Source: Tubulanus polymorphus (lineage: Eukaryota; Animalia; Nemertea). Taken from it: a stretch of 64,000 nt of DNA. Every line of letters begins with the position of its first letter. Position 1 is the stretch's first letter. This document shows positions 47,200 to 61,242 of this stretch, piece after piece. A program made the position numbers and the translations under genes. Location: assembly GCF_964204645.1 (NCBI RefSeq), contig NC_134030.1, positions 20,606,210-20,670,209 of the forward strand, given 5' to 3'. Below the pieces are notes generated by a model that searched no databases, was not told the origin of the DNA, and saw only the letters and a list, made by a program, of their open reading frames with translations.

Positions 47200-50100
47200 G
47201 GCGTGTCAATGTAAGTATATCAACGTTGAATACATTTTTTTCACAATACCGGCTATTCTGTCAGTTGTATTGTCATCGAGATCATCCTCATTTAACATCT
47301 ATTGTTTGATATTAATATAAGGTCCAAACGATGTAAGTTTCACTTTTCTGCCTCAGAGATTTGGTATAGTTTTATTTTGTCAGATCATCTCTCGCCTCAA
47401 GTTGAGTCCTTCGTTGCTGCAGTAGTTGATGCCATAGTGCACGCTAGCGACATCTGATGAGACTCCATTGCCAGATTCGATGTCCTACTGCACGCTAGCG
47501 ACAACTGTACGATCCTCATTTCGACAAGTAGCCTCAACTTTTTGCTGCAGTAGTTGATGTCCTGCTGCACCCCATCGGACCTGGTGGAGACTGGCCACGT
47601 AGTGTTAGCATCGTGTGCTTCAGTAACGCCGAACTAACCTTATTTGAATCGATCGGATGATTGAGACATTCTGTTTCTATATTTCAGGATTGTTCCAAAG
47701 AAGGGAGGGAAGCTCAACAGAACCGGTTGAAAGCTCATTCGACATTATCGATAGATCGTCTGAATAAAAACCAAATATCTAAACGAAACGATTAATGTAG
47801 TGTTGAATTGTATTCATTTTATAAATGGTGCAGGGCACTTTGCTGAAACAAGGAAAAGACATATTCATTGTCAAGTTTCTTTTTCACAACTATGAATTCA
47901 TTGTCTGTATTTAACCAATTCGTGCAACCTTCCAATGACTTTCCTCACAATGAATGCGATAATTCACAGTAGGAGACACAGAGAATGAGTATTCTATCGA
48001 AATTATTGTCATCATTGATATTTCAAAGTCCAATAAAACGTACAAACAACGAGCAATAATCATAGAGAAATAACGCCGTTTTATCTAATCCCGGTGATTA
48101 TATGTTACGTGCCACATTCCGCAATCAATGATTGATATTAGAATGATAAAGTGGTTCGAATGATCAAAAGGTTCAAATTATAAGACGGCCAATTATTGAT
48201 GATATGACCCGTGTTATTAGAATAATAGACACCATACGGGAATATGGGTAAGAAGTAACGGGTAAGATGAAAGTTGGGCTCGTGGAAATCAAGAAAATAA
48301 AGGGATATAACTGATTCATATTTGATATGCAGCACACAATAATGAGTGCTACATAAGTGCTTAAGACACTTCTACCAGTTGTAATCACCGAAAATTCACA
48401 TGATTTGATGAAATAAATGAAAGGCATCGCAAAGAATTCGCGAACAAACAGTCGAAACAACTCTCGGTAATCAACCAGGGCTCAAAAATTGATGACAGCG
48501 CATCCGAAGATAATAGTTTTCACGGAACGAATCATTTGATCATTGCACTAATTTCACACCGGATCTTCAACTGCCACAGCAACATTTCCCGATTGCATAT
48601 CAACGTCCGAACTCCGACTACTCGTTTTTGCCATCGTAGCATTCCAATTCCACGGTATGGGAATATCAACATTTTAAGCCACCTGACTAGGGCCTGCCAC
48701 AGAAACATTCTGACTCAAATAGGACATCTATTAATATTTATATCTATATAAGACTGATGGCGCACTAGTACCACCTAGAAGTCGTTGAACACCGATCACA
48801 ACACGTTTTCTGACCAAGGACAAAGTTTGCGGTGATAGATTAGGCTCGGGTAAACCGTTCTGTCACTGGTGCTAAATTTGTCACGTGCCCAAAACGCATT
48901 GCGACAAGTCTGTGCCAAAGTTTCAGCACGGACTGGTAAAATTGTGCAGTGTGAATGATTAAGTGAAGTGAACAAAATTGCTTGCCATATTATCGTTAAG
49001 CGTTCTACCCAGGCGTGGTATCAATGTATCACTCGGTTGGTGGTGCCGGCCAGTTTGATCGTCTCTGCGTTATCCCGGCTCTTAATGGGGTCGGCGCAAA
49101 CTAGATGGCCCTACAATACACTCAGTTATACGTTGTAAACGTTACAGTCAACCCCGCACTCGTCATCGAATCAGTCGTATCATCACATCTCTCGTATAAT
49201 AATTTTAGTCCCAAGTCGTATTTACACGTAAGTCGTACAGATTTTAGAAGCCAAATCTTCTGATTTCATTCAAAATACCTCGCGTAAGTCGTAGCCCGAT
49301 ATGCCGGCAGCAGATAAAAATACACAACACTATTGTCTGTGTAAGTGTTTAGACAATTACGATGTAAATTTCTTGTGACGTTGTCTGCGTGGTGCAAGTG
49401 TCCGCTTTAATTGATTGATGGTGGGTAGATTTTAGCGAGATAGGATCTGCACTGTCAGCTCAGCTGGAATCTAAGCATCGTATATATCGTATTTTCATCA
49501 CGGGTTATTCGAGGAATTCGTATAAAACCACGACTTATAGATAGCTCGTGAAAATACGACATACTCGTGAAACCTACATCACGTAAGTCTAAGAAACCAT
49601 CAGTCCCGAGGGCTGATGCGGTAGTTCATTTTCAATAAACTTTGAACTGGATTTTTAGGCTCCCAAATGGAAATGTTGTCAAATAAGTCATCAATTAATT
49701 AGATTGACGTTCGCAATTGTGTATGGCATTGTTTTATTAGAAATTGATTTCACTAATGAGAAAAGTTGACTCGAATTTAATTGAAATGTAGAATAAATTG
49801 AAGCGCGGCAACCGAGTAACCACTAGCGAACCTGGCGGATCCTCGCCTGCCATAAGTGGAATCCTCGATTGCCTCTGTAGCATCGATTGCCACGGCATCC
49901 GAAGAGAAGAATCCTAAAACTATGAATATGAAAAAAAAACTATTTTCATTCTCAGTTACAGAATGAATTTCATCGATTTGATTTATCTTGCATAATAAAT
50001 TGGTTCAGGGATTTTGATACATGATTGTTATCAGATAATATGTAGTCAGTATAACAATAATATAAGGGCGACGAATTTATATATCCACGTTTTTGAATAA

Positions 50101-50776
50101 GAGAAACGTGACCAATCAGGCACACCTGTATCGGAAAACACGATATGATTTATAAAGTCGGCTACCTGCCCAGTGGCTGCAGTAAAACTCGAAGATAGCA
50201 TGTGTTTTAGTCATATTTATTGTGGAGCGCCACATATTGTGAATACAGGTTTGAACCTTACGGTAAACCTTAGAATGTGATTTATGTACTCATTTATTTT
50301 GCGAATATCTAGTAATAATAATAAGTAATAAAAATTAAATTAGTAATCAAGTAACATAGGAGTGAAAGGTCATTTCAGGATTACATCGTCATTAACCAAA
50401 CGAACAAGCTTTTTTCACCGATTTAATTGTTTTATTCGGTTCTACTGAGTATCATGATCATTGCAAGCAGATGAATTTAAGGAACTATCAAAAGTAAAAA
50501 ATCAAATTAGTTATCGATAATTGGACATTTTGATATTGCATATGAAATGTCATGCAGTAAAACTTACCCTATTAACATATAAAAACAATATGAAACTGGT
50601 TTGGGTACATAAAGTAAACACAAATTTAAAGGTTTCAGCCTACGATCAGGACGAGGTGATCATTCAGTTCAAAAATATTCAGTTAAATTGCTGAAAAGAT
50701 ACCGATGAGAATAAATCTTCAGCTTCAATATATCAATATTGTTAACGGCAGTCATAGCACAATCGGAAATAAATTG

Positions 50777-50818
50777 CACCTGTTGTTGTGATTCATGTCC
50801 GCGTAAAGAGTATATAAA
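50777..50818 (+). promoter_or_regulatory. GY-gene promoter module, copy C
   Basis: CACCTG-ttgttg-TGATTCAT...TATATAAA. Confidence 0.7.
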
Positions 50819-50962
50819 CCGGCTTCGAGGTGCAACAAGACATCTTATCTCGGAATAGAGCTCAAACCACGTAAGAACGAAGACTAGTTTTAGTAGCCAC
50901 TAAATATCATATTTCGAGACACACGTTCGAAAATTGTTTAGAAAAATCTTTTCTCTTACAGG

Positions 50963-51902
50963 ATGAAGTTAGTTTTCCTTGTCATGATGGCCCTCGTGGC
51001 CATGGCTTCTGCCGGTGAGTATGAATTTGTAAATTACCAGTTATCGGAATACTTCATAACTCGACATTTTTATGCTGGGTTTTTCTTCAGGCTACGGATA
51101 TGGAGGTTATGAAGAGAGTTATGGGGGAGTAGGTTATGGTTATGGTCATGGCGATGGATACGGCTACGGGGAAGCTGGCTATGGTTACGGAGGCCAAGAG
51201 GAATCTGGATACGGAGGCTACGGGGAAGCTGGCTATGGTTACGGAGGCCACGAGGAATCTGGATACGGAGGCTACGGGGAAGCTGGCTATGGTTACGGAG
51301 GCCACGAGGAATCTGGGTACGGAGGTTACGGAGGCTACGGGGAAGCTGGCTATGGTTACGGAGGCAACGAGGAATCTGGATACGGAGGCTACGGGGAAGC
51401 TGGCTATGGTTACGGAGGCAGCGAGGAATCTGGATACGGAGGCTACGGGGAAGCTGGCTATGGTTACGGAGGCCACGAGGAATCTGGATACGGCTACGGA
51501 GGTCACAGAGGCTATGGAGGCCACGAGGAATATGGTCATGGAGGTTACGGAGGCCACGAGGAATCTGGATACGGAGGTCACAGTGGCTACGGAGGCCATG
51601 AGGAATCTTATGGAGTATCTGAATACGGACATAACGGAGGTTACGGGGAATCTGATGGCTACGGAGGTCATGAGGAATCTGGATACGGAGAGGACGACAT
51701 CTACGGAGAGGAAAACCACTACGGAGAGGAAAACAGCTACGGAGAGGAAAACGGCTACGGCCGTAGTGATGATGCAGCATACGACGATGGTAGCTCGTAT
51801 GATGACTCCAGCTCAGCTGATGATTCCAGCTCGTACGATGACTCCAGCTCAGCTGATGACTCCAGCTTATACGATGATTCCGATGATTCTAGTGAATACT
51901 AA
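50963..51902 (+). CDS. Secreted acidic Gly/Tyr-rich protein C, 287 aa, with ([18 protein letters not shown])n repeats and an Asp/Ser tail; exons 50963-51014, 51091-51902
   Basis: Signal MKLVFLVMMALVAMASA, phase-1 intron, ORF 51072-51902. Confidence 0.9.
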
Positions 51903-54900
51903 ACCGGAGGATCGATTATTGCTAACGTAGACGCATGTAAGTGTTTATGTGAAATGCACAGTGATATCTTGAAATTGTTCAATAATCGAATGCTGCGTAT
52001 CTATAAAGAAACGCCTGATTAGTCCATTGGTCCTATTGTATTTATGCCAATCAACATGGGAATACTAGACAAAAATCGTGGGCTTGTTCCAACGGTAGTT
52101 TTACGTGAATTAATAAATCTAATTTGTTTTCTCATTCAGGTTCTCTATATTTACCAGTCAATACGTGGAGATAGACATTCATGAAGAATTGAAATTGTTC
52201 TCCGAAATAAAAGGCATTAATCGTAACATTAGTTTCCTGGTTTCGATGTTGTTTTGTTCTGAGGTGCAGTGGTTTTGGGTAATAGTTAGTGATAGCGCCG
52301 GATTGCTCTGGCGATGTGAGCAGTGCCATGCAGATGGTCACTTAACCAATGAGGTTCCAGTGCTACCAGCGAGGTTCCCGTGCCACCAGCTATCCGGTTA
52401 CGCGAAGGGATGGTGGATCTAGTGTGACGATGCATCTAACAACAGTGGCACAACCTCAATTTTCTGTTAATTTTCATTGGAAATCGTCTGTCGATAGATT
52501 TGACGAATCGTGCGAGACCAGAGGAATTCAGCATTGCTTTCCAATCGCGGTTTGGTGGGTCCTTACCATTTACGAGTGGAATACTCTTTTGTTCCAGTTG
52601 AAGATGAATAATATCCAGCTTTCGAGTCGCAGCTACAATTCTATCAGTTCCGAACATGCATAGTATGAAGATAATAACTATTTTCCAAACGATAGCGGAT
52701 AGGCGACAGCAGTTCTCGGGCTTAGAACTCCGAAATTACCAAGCGTTAGTTCCCATTGCATTTTGGATACGTTACATCTAGGGTCATTAGCTAAATTTCT
52801 TCGAGACAACTTTTTTCCTTTGATCTCATTCCCGAGTTATGAGGTCATATCGTGGCCATGTTACCTGTTACGAGTTTATAGTGCCTATTTCTGGCGCTAG
52901 CTGGTGCACTGCACGCACATCTAGATACATATACTAACATTGCAATCGAGTTTTATTAAGATCGACTTAAATAATCTAGAAGGTAAACACCAATACAGAC
53001 AGGCACACAGACAGACAGTACAAAAAATGGTCTCGTGGAAGCCCGGGAACCAGAGAACTTCAACACTAAAAAAAACATCTCACGACGGAACTGTAGAAAC
53101 TGGCAAAGATAAGGTTGAACTAGTAAGTTGCTGTAAAACCAAAGTTAAGAATCAGATATGGTGCGATTGCGCTCATAAATGCCACAAACGGATATCGAGA
53201 GAACGATTAAAAAACGTTCGATAAAAGTTAAATTTTTTGTTCCCTCACCTTACGATAATCATAGATGTGATGATAATGGTTCAGAAATCACCAAGCTGGC
53301 TGGATTCTATTCTCCATTTTTCTTACCGAGTTTACATGGTCTTTTTGACTGAATCAGTTCTTTAGACAGTCTAACACAAACTAAAGTCCGATCATAACGT
53401 GTTAGAGCTCATAGAAGGACACGACCGACGCACAGTAAGATATTACAACCGATCGACGAAATAAGTTTCGTGGTAGACGGTCACATTAATGTCCCGACCG
53501 GCCAAGAGAAAAAAAACATCCTATTTCAACCCCATGAATTCACAATTTACTTTAAATGCGTGATTTAGAAACAACGAATAGAAACTGGGCCTACTCAAAT
53601 TTAAGAACATACTTAAAAGGTTCGGTTACAATCATCAGTTCTCACCTGATGACTGCTCGTTTGCTATTCCTGAGTATCATCTGCCCATGTATCCGCATCT
53701 ACGAGTATATACTCGTTAAATAGGAACATCATATTGGTAAAAGAATTTTCGTAAGAAGTATCCGATGTTTGCTATTTTACGATAGCACCTCCCCAGTTCC
53801 CTAGAATAGGGGCCAGGGCCACCATGTCACCTGGCGCAACTGATGCAGTGCTCGATAACCAGACATTTCTAATATTCAAAGCCCCCATCGTGGACGTATA
53901 CACAACCCGACGATTCCAATACTCTGAATGACAGGAAATATGTGAAAGTATGTAGTACCGAATTTTGAAAAAAAGTAAATCGGGACGATGATCCGTTCAT
54001 TACAACCTTAAACTAACGAACAAACTACAAACCGAAATCCACAGCTCTTCATAAGGGATATACCTGAAACAGAAATAGACAACTTCAAACAGGGTTCGAA
54101 TGGATGGGGTGATCGCGTTACTGGAAGTGATTGAGGAGGGATGGCACTGTTAACAACGAGAAACAAATTCTAATGGAAAAGTCAAGCGCGAAACATTTTT
54201 TGTCCCATTAGCCTGCAGGCCATTTCTTTTTAATGAATCATTTCATCATATAAAAGTGCTCTGAGTAGCTTAGCTGGATTAAGTGTTTACAGTCCGTTAT
54301 ATGAAAAACAGAAACAGGTATACCTTGAAAGAGACCTACCGTATCAACTCACCTCGACTCGTGTCGAATAAATGAAGGCCATTCATCGGACACAGTTTTA
54401 CATGTTGTCGTCGTTGAATTAATCCCACCTGTTACATACAATTAATGATTATGCTTCATCGTGGACATTGCTAGCGACATTTGTTACGACAATTATCATC
54501 AATCACTCACGGGCGCGTGTCCTTCGTATGACAGAAGTTGGTTTTGATGTTCCGTGGTGCCAGCTTGTACTATTTTGTCTTAATCCACGTAAATTCATTT
54601 TAACTAATTTTGAGTCGACTCTCCCGTTCCGGTCAAACATTTCCTATGCTCCATTTATAATGCTATGGGGATGGATAGAAAAATAGTTCAATACATGAAA
54701 CTGCCTTGACAAAAGCACCCAGTAGCAATAAGAAGAAAATATAAGCAAAGAGACTAAAAGAAAAATTGCAAAAGGCAAAGCTTGTTATGGGTCGGGCAAA
54801 GCTTTATGTCCGTTGTCGCGAGCACCCAATACGGAGAGGGATGGATCTACTCTTGAGGTCCTCCGCGATTCTCTCTAAGTAGTAACGTAATACAGGAAGT

Positions 54901-55619
54901 GGAAAGAATTGGGATTTTATTATGTAAATGAAGACATGTTGACGGGAATGTAGAAACTGACGCAGTCTCTTGAACTTTGACATTATTATCGGGTATCTAG
55001 AAACGATGAGATTAAATACAAATTATTTAGTAGGAACCAGAACTTCTAAAACGCTATCATCTCAACAGTGACATGATATCATGAAAATTGTGGCATCACA
55101 ATGTCCCGTTCGCGATACGATAGGGATTCTGACATATAAAGATCTAGATATCGAAATTGATGGAATTCTGCAAAACAAATCACTACTAATCCTGATTGAT
55201 CGGCAACGTGACTTTCTTGATGTTGATATATTATTGATGCATTCACCTACTACGATTATAACTAAAGGATTTATGTTTTAAATGCTGTACATATTGTAAG
55301 CAGAAACTACGTACTACTATGACTATGCCTTTTATTCTTTATAAAAAAAATAATCATTCTTGAAAGAAACGTTTACACCGATACAATGTGTTATAACTAA
55401 CTTATTTTTATAAATCTAGTTACATCAGGCCAACGTTCAATACATTTAGACTCAAATATCATTCAAAACAATCTAATAATTTACATCTGCTATCAGAGCA
55501 ATCCAGAAATGATGTCCACGCGTGAAAAATGAGGCCATAAAAATTTCAATTCAAGCCTCCTCTAGAAAAAAAGATCAATTACTGACAACATCCTGAGCCA
55601 TTAAAAAAGAAATTCGAGG

Positions 55620-55659
55620 CACATGTGGAAGTGATTCATGGGCTGGTAAAGTATATAAA
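55620..55659 (+). promoter_or_regulatory. GY-gene promoter module, copy D
   Basis: CACATG-tggaag-TGATTCAT...TATATAAA. Confidence 0.7.
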
Positions 55660-55802
55660 TCGATTCCACAACTCAATTCGACATCTTATCTTGGAAAAGA
55701 ACTCATAACTGCAGGTAAGGACTTTCTGTTGATAACTAAAACATTTTTAATATTAGCGATATATCTCTCTCTCTTTAACGTGGTTTGTTTATTTTCAACA
55801 GA

Positions 55803-56839
55803 ATGAAGTTAGTTTTCCTTGTCACGATGGCCCTTGTGGCCTTGGCTTCAGCCGGTCCAGGTAATTAAGTCGATTTCGAATTAAAGGTTGTTCGAGTACC
55901 TCATAGCTTGACATTTTTATAATCGCTAATTCTTCAGGCTACGATTACGGATACGGAGGTTCTGGATACGGAGGCTCCGGATACGGAGGCTCTGGATACG
56001 GAGGCTCAGGATACGGAGGCTCTGGTTATGAAGAGTCATACGGAGGTGGATACGGAGATCATGAAGAGTCATACGGAGGTGGATACGGAGGTGGATACGG
56101 AGGTGGATACGGAGATCATGAAGAGTCATACGGCGATAACGAAGAGTCATACGGAGGCTCTGGATACGAGGCTGGATACGGAGGCTCTGGTTATGAAGAG
56201 TCATACGGAGGTCACGAAGAGTCATACGGAGGTTCTGGTTATGGGGCTGGATACGGAGGTCATGGTTATGAGGCCGGATACGGAGGTCATGGTTATGAGG
56301 CCGGATACGGAGGTCATGGTTATGAGGCCGGATACGGAGGTCATGGTTATGAGGCCGGTTATGGAGGTCATGGTTATGAGGCTGGATACGGAGGTCATGG
56401 TTATGAGGCCGGATACGGGGGAAATGGTTATGAAGAGTCATACGGAGGTGGATACGGAGGTCATGAAGAATCCTACGGAGGTGGATATGGAGAGGAGTCA
56501 TACGGAGGCGGATATGGAGGTGATGAAGAATCCTACGGAGGTGGATACGGAGAGGAGTCATACAGAGGCGGATATGGAGGTCATGAAGAATCCTACGGAG
56601 GCGGATATGGAGGTCATGAAGAATCCTACGGAGCAGGATACGGAGGCTCTGAAGAGTCATACGGAGGTCGAGGCTATGACGAATCGTACGGAGGCTCAAG
56701 ATACGAAGACTATGGTCGATCAGGTAGTGATTACGAATCTGAACCAGCTGGACCAGCTCCAACAACTTACGTGCCTGAACCAACTCCAACATCAAGTTAC
56801 GTGCCTGAACCAACTCCAACATCAAGTTACGTGCCTTAA
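55803..56839 (+). CDS. Secreted acidic Gly/Tyr-rich protein D, about 319 aa, with [11 protein letters not shown] and GYGGHGYEA repeats and a Pro/Thr tail; exons 55803-55860, 55938-56839
   Basis: Signal [17 protein letters not shown](GP). The frame is open to TAA at 56837-56839; the true frame is absent from the ORF track. Confidence 0.88.
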
Positions 56840-59800
56840 CCCTATGGGGTGACAGAGCAGGGATATAAATGTATGTTAAAAAATTATCTAAACTTAATCC
56901 ATATGAAACTTGTTTTTAACATTCTAAGACCTGCTTAACATGATTTGTCCTTTACATTTCAGGAACTCAAAGATGCAAGTGCTAGTACAAGTACTGAACA
57001 CTTAAGAGGTAGTCGGGCGAAAATACCGATGAATTTCATTTATTGTAAACATCTGCTGAAATAAAATGTCTAATAGACCGAAACATGATATTGTCGAGAT
57101 TTGTTGTTACTTTTGGGCCGTTGTATTGATTGGCTGTTAGGTTTACTCATGCTAATATGAGAGACGTCTTTGCATACTTTGTTTGCGATGATAGTCAATA
57201 AATTGCCGATGATGATCCGTAGTTCAAAGCCGGGAGTGGAAGTGAGTCAAAAAGCTCAGAACTCTGAAATTACCAAACGTTAGTCCCCTTTGCATTTTGA
57301 TATGTTATATCTAGGGTCATCAGCTTAATCTATTTGAGACAACTTTTTGCAGTTTGACCTCATTCCTGAGTTATAACGAGGTCACATCAGTTACGTTGGT
57401 CGATCACGTGTTTTAAGTACCTAGTTTTGTCGCTAGCTGGTGCACTGGGCCCATCATTTGCACTGCACAACTTGACTAATGTGCAAGCATATGTAACCAA
57501 GTTTCATGAAGATCGAATCGCTATAATGTAGAAGCTTAGTAGATGATATACATACACAAATAAACATGGCCACACAATGGTCTCACTGAAGACCGAGAAC
57601 CAGAGATTTCAACATTAAAAACATTTCATAATGGAACTGAAGAAGAACCTTGCTTAGGATGAGGTGGCACCAGAAAGTTGCTGTAAAACCAACTTAAAGA
57701 ATCAAATATGGTTCGAATGCCCATTGACGGCATAAACGGACATCGAGAGAACGATTAAGCGAAGTTATATTTTTATTCCCTCAACGTGCAATATGGGTAA
57801 ATATGATGAGAATGATTCAGAACACAGCCGGCTGGATTTTATTATCCAGTTTTTTCTCACCGACTTGACATTGCCTTTTGACTGAATCGGTTTCTAAGAC
57901 AGTTCAACACAAACTTAAATCCAATCATAATGTGATAGAGCTAATAGCAGGACAGGAATTGAAGACCTACGACCGATGCACAGTAAGATATTGCAACCGA
58001 TCACCGAAATAAGTTTACTGATAGACTGTCATATTAATGACAAATTAATGACCTCAAGAGAAAAAAAAACATCCTATTTTCAACCAAATGAACTCACAAT
58101 TCACTTGAATAACTTAATTTGCAAACAGCGATAAGGAACTGGCCTACCCGGATTATAGAACATGCTTAAAAAAGGTTCAGTTATCATTTCTCTTCCCTGA
58201 TGACTACGCCTTTTACTATTCCAGAGTATAATCGGCCAATGCATCCGTAACTACGAGTATGCTGGTTAAATAAATACCATCATATTTGCCAAAGAATATC
58301 GATAAGAAGTATCCGATGTTTGCTATTTCACATTAGCACCACCGAAGTTTCCTAACTTAAGGGGCCATGATCATCATGTGTCCTGGTGCAACAAATGCAC
58401 TGCGTAATAGGTGCAACCCTATAATCAGATATTTTTATATTCAACGACTCCATCGCTAACGTATACACAACCTGATGAAGCCGATACCCTGAATGATGGG
58501 GAAAAGGTGTAGTACCACATTGAAAAATGGAAAACGTAACGATAATCTGGCCAAAACGACCTTAAACGATTGAACAAACTAGAATGCACAAACCGAAGCC
58601 ACAGCCGTCTAAGGGATATACCTGAAACAGAATATAGAAATTGATTCAAATAGGGTTCGAGGTATGTGGCCATCTCGTTACTGGGAGGGATGGTACTATT
58701 GAGAATGAGAAAAATTTCAGATTGAAAAGTCAACTTCTCTAAGTAACCCTTGCTTCCATCGTCAGTTTGTTACGACAATGATTCTCCCAACAGCGTGAAA
58801 CAACCTTCGTACCAGCTCGATCCTATTTCTATCAAATTTTTCCTTTGCTTGTATCAGAAAGCATCTATATTAAACATTTACATTGAAACATTGAACCCGT
58901 TTATAATGCCCTGCATTGCGCTTAGCGGGTTGAGGGTGTTTGCAAAAAAAAATTAAAAAAGATGGGCCATTATATGAAAATGAGATATACCTAAAAGAGA
59001 CCTACGTGAACCCTATCAACTCACCTCGATTCTTGTCGAATGAATGAAGGCTATTCATCGGACACAGTTTTACATGTTTTTGTCGTTGAATTAACCACAC
59101 CTGCATTATTAAATTGATGACTTTGCTTCATCGTTGACATATTCAGAGACATGTGTAGCGACGATTATCATCTATAATTACGGGCGCGTGTCCTTCGTAT
59201 GACAAAAGTTGGTTGCAAAGTTCCGTCCGTGCCAGATTGCACCATTCGTCACAAATCCACGTGAAACCAATTGAACCATATTTGAGTTGACTGTTGTGTT
59301 TCGTTCCGTAATACTGTGGAGTAGATAACAAAATATTGTATGAAACAAATTAGTGAAACCCCCTAGTTATTTTCGTCTAGTCAAAATATAGGATCTGCGC
59401 CATCTTTTTGGCAATCGGGACTGCATTGACCAACTTATCAACGTCATAATGACGAATCTACTTCAAGGTCAAGTTTATTTTGCGAATAGCAATGAAATAT
59501 AAGCAATGAAAAAAAAGAAAAAGACATACCACGAAACTAACGAAAGCTTTAAACGTGGGCCAAGCGCAGTTCGAAGACCGATGTCGCGAGCCTCCAATTC
59601 GAGGGAAAAGTTCAAAGGAAAATAATCGGGGTATTCTTGATATCCTCTTCTGTTTATAGTAACTTTTTAAGGTGGTAAGTTGTATGGTCGGTACATTCGG
59701 ATTTCGATATCATTAAATAATCTAATAATCCACATCTGCTCACCGACCAATCCGACAATGACGTCCATGCGTGAAAAATGAGGCCATTGAAATTCAATTC

Positions 59801-59868
59801 AAGCCATTTCCAGAAAAAAATTATCAATTACTGACAACTTCCTGTGCAGTTAAAAAAGTAATTCCACG

Positions 59869-59909
59869 CATCTGTTGTAGTGATTCATGTGCCGGTAAAA
59901 GTATATAAA
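59869..59909 (+). promoter_or_regulatory. GY-gene promoter module, copy E
   Basis: CATCTG-ttgtag-TGATTCAT...TATATAAA. Confidence 0.7.
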
Positions 59910-60046
59910 CCGATTTCAAAAATAACTCAACATCTTATCTTGGGAAAGAACTCATAACTGCAGGTATCATTATGTACATAACTAAAACATTTTCAATTTT
60001 ATCGATATATTGCGCTGTTTAACGTGGTTTGTTTATTTTCAACAGA

Positions 60047-61242
60047 ATGAAGTTAGTTTTCCTTGTCACGATGGCCCTTGTGGCCTTGGCTTCAGCCGGT
60101 CCAGGTAATTAAGTCGATTTCGAATTGAATGTTGTTGAAGTACCTCATAGCTTGACATTTTTATAATCGGTTATTCTTCAGGCTACGATTACGGATACGG
60201 AGGTTCTAGATACGGAGGTTCTGGATACGGAGGTTCTGGATACGGAGGCTCTGGATACGGAGGTTCTGGATACGGAGGCTCTGGATACGGAGGCTCTGGT
60301 TACGGGGGCTCTGGTTATGAAGAGTCATACGGAGGTGGATACGGAGGTGGATACGGACAGGAGTCATACGGAGGTGGATACGGCGATCATGAAGAGTCAT
60401 ACGGAGGTTATGAAGAGTCATACGGCGATAACGAAGAGACATACGGAGGCTCTGGATACGAGGCTGGATACGGAGGCTCTGGTTATGAAGAGTCATACGG
60501 CAATAACGAAGAGTCATACGGAGGTTACGAAGAGTCATATGGAGGCTCTGGTTATGAAGAGTCATACGGAGGCTCTGGATACGAGGCTGGATATGGAGGC
60601 TCTCATTATGGGACTGGATACGGAGGCAATGGATATGATGAGTCCATTTACGTTGGCAATGTGTATGAGGCCGGATATGGAGGCTATGGACATGAAGAAT
60701 CATACGGAGCTGGATACGGAGGTCATGGTTATGAGGCCGGATACGGAGGTCATGGTTATGAGGCTGGGTATGGAGGTCATGGTTATGAGGCTGGATATGG
60801 AGGAAATGGTTATGAAGAGTCATACGGAGGCGGGTACGGAGAGGAGTCATACGGAGGTGGATATGGAGAGGAGTCATACGGAGGTGGATATGGAGAGGAG
60901 TCATACGGAGGCTCTGGTTATGAAGAGTCATACAGTGGTGGATACGGAGATCACGAAGAGTCGTACGGAGGCTATGAAGAGTCATACGGAGGTGGATATG
61001 GAGGTGGATATGGAGGTCATGAAGAGTCATACGGAGGTCGAGGCTATGACGAATCATACGGAGGCTCAAGATACGAAGACTATGGTCGATCAGGTAGTGA
61101 TTACGAATCTGAACCAGCTGGACCAGCTCCGACAACGTACGTGCCTGAACCAACTCCAACAACGTACGTACCTGAACCAACTCCAACATCAAGTTACGTG
61201 CCTGACCCAACTCCAACATCAAGTTATGTGCCCGAACGTTAA
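60047..61242 (+). CDS. Secreted acidic Gly/Tyr-rich protein E, about 372 aa, close paralog of D; exons 60047-60104, 60182-61242
   Basis: Signal exon identical to that of D. ORF 60661-61242 gives the C-terminal half, ending (TTYVPEPTP)n-R. Confidence 0.9.

Noticed and set aside
52132-52663. Overlapping ORFs downstream of GY gene C as a retroelement fragment
   Set aside because: No RT, integrase or endonuclease motif is recognisable, and part of the region is the gene C 3'UTR exon.
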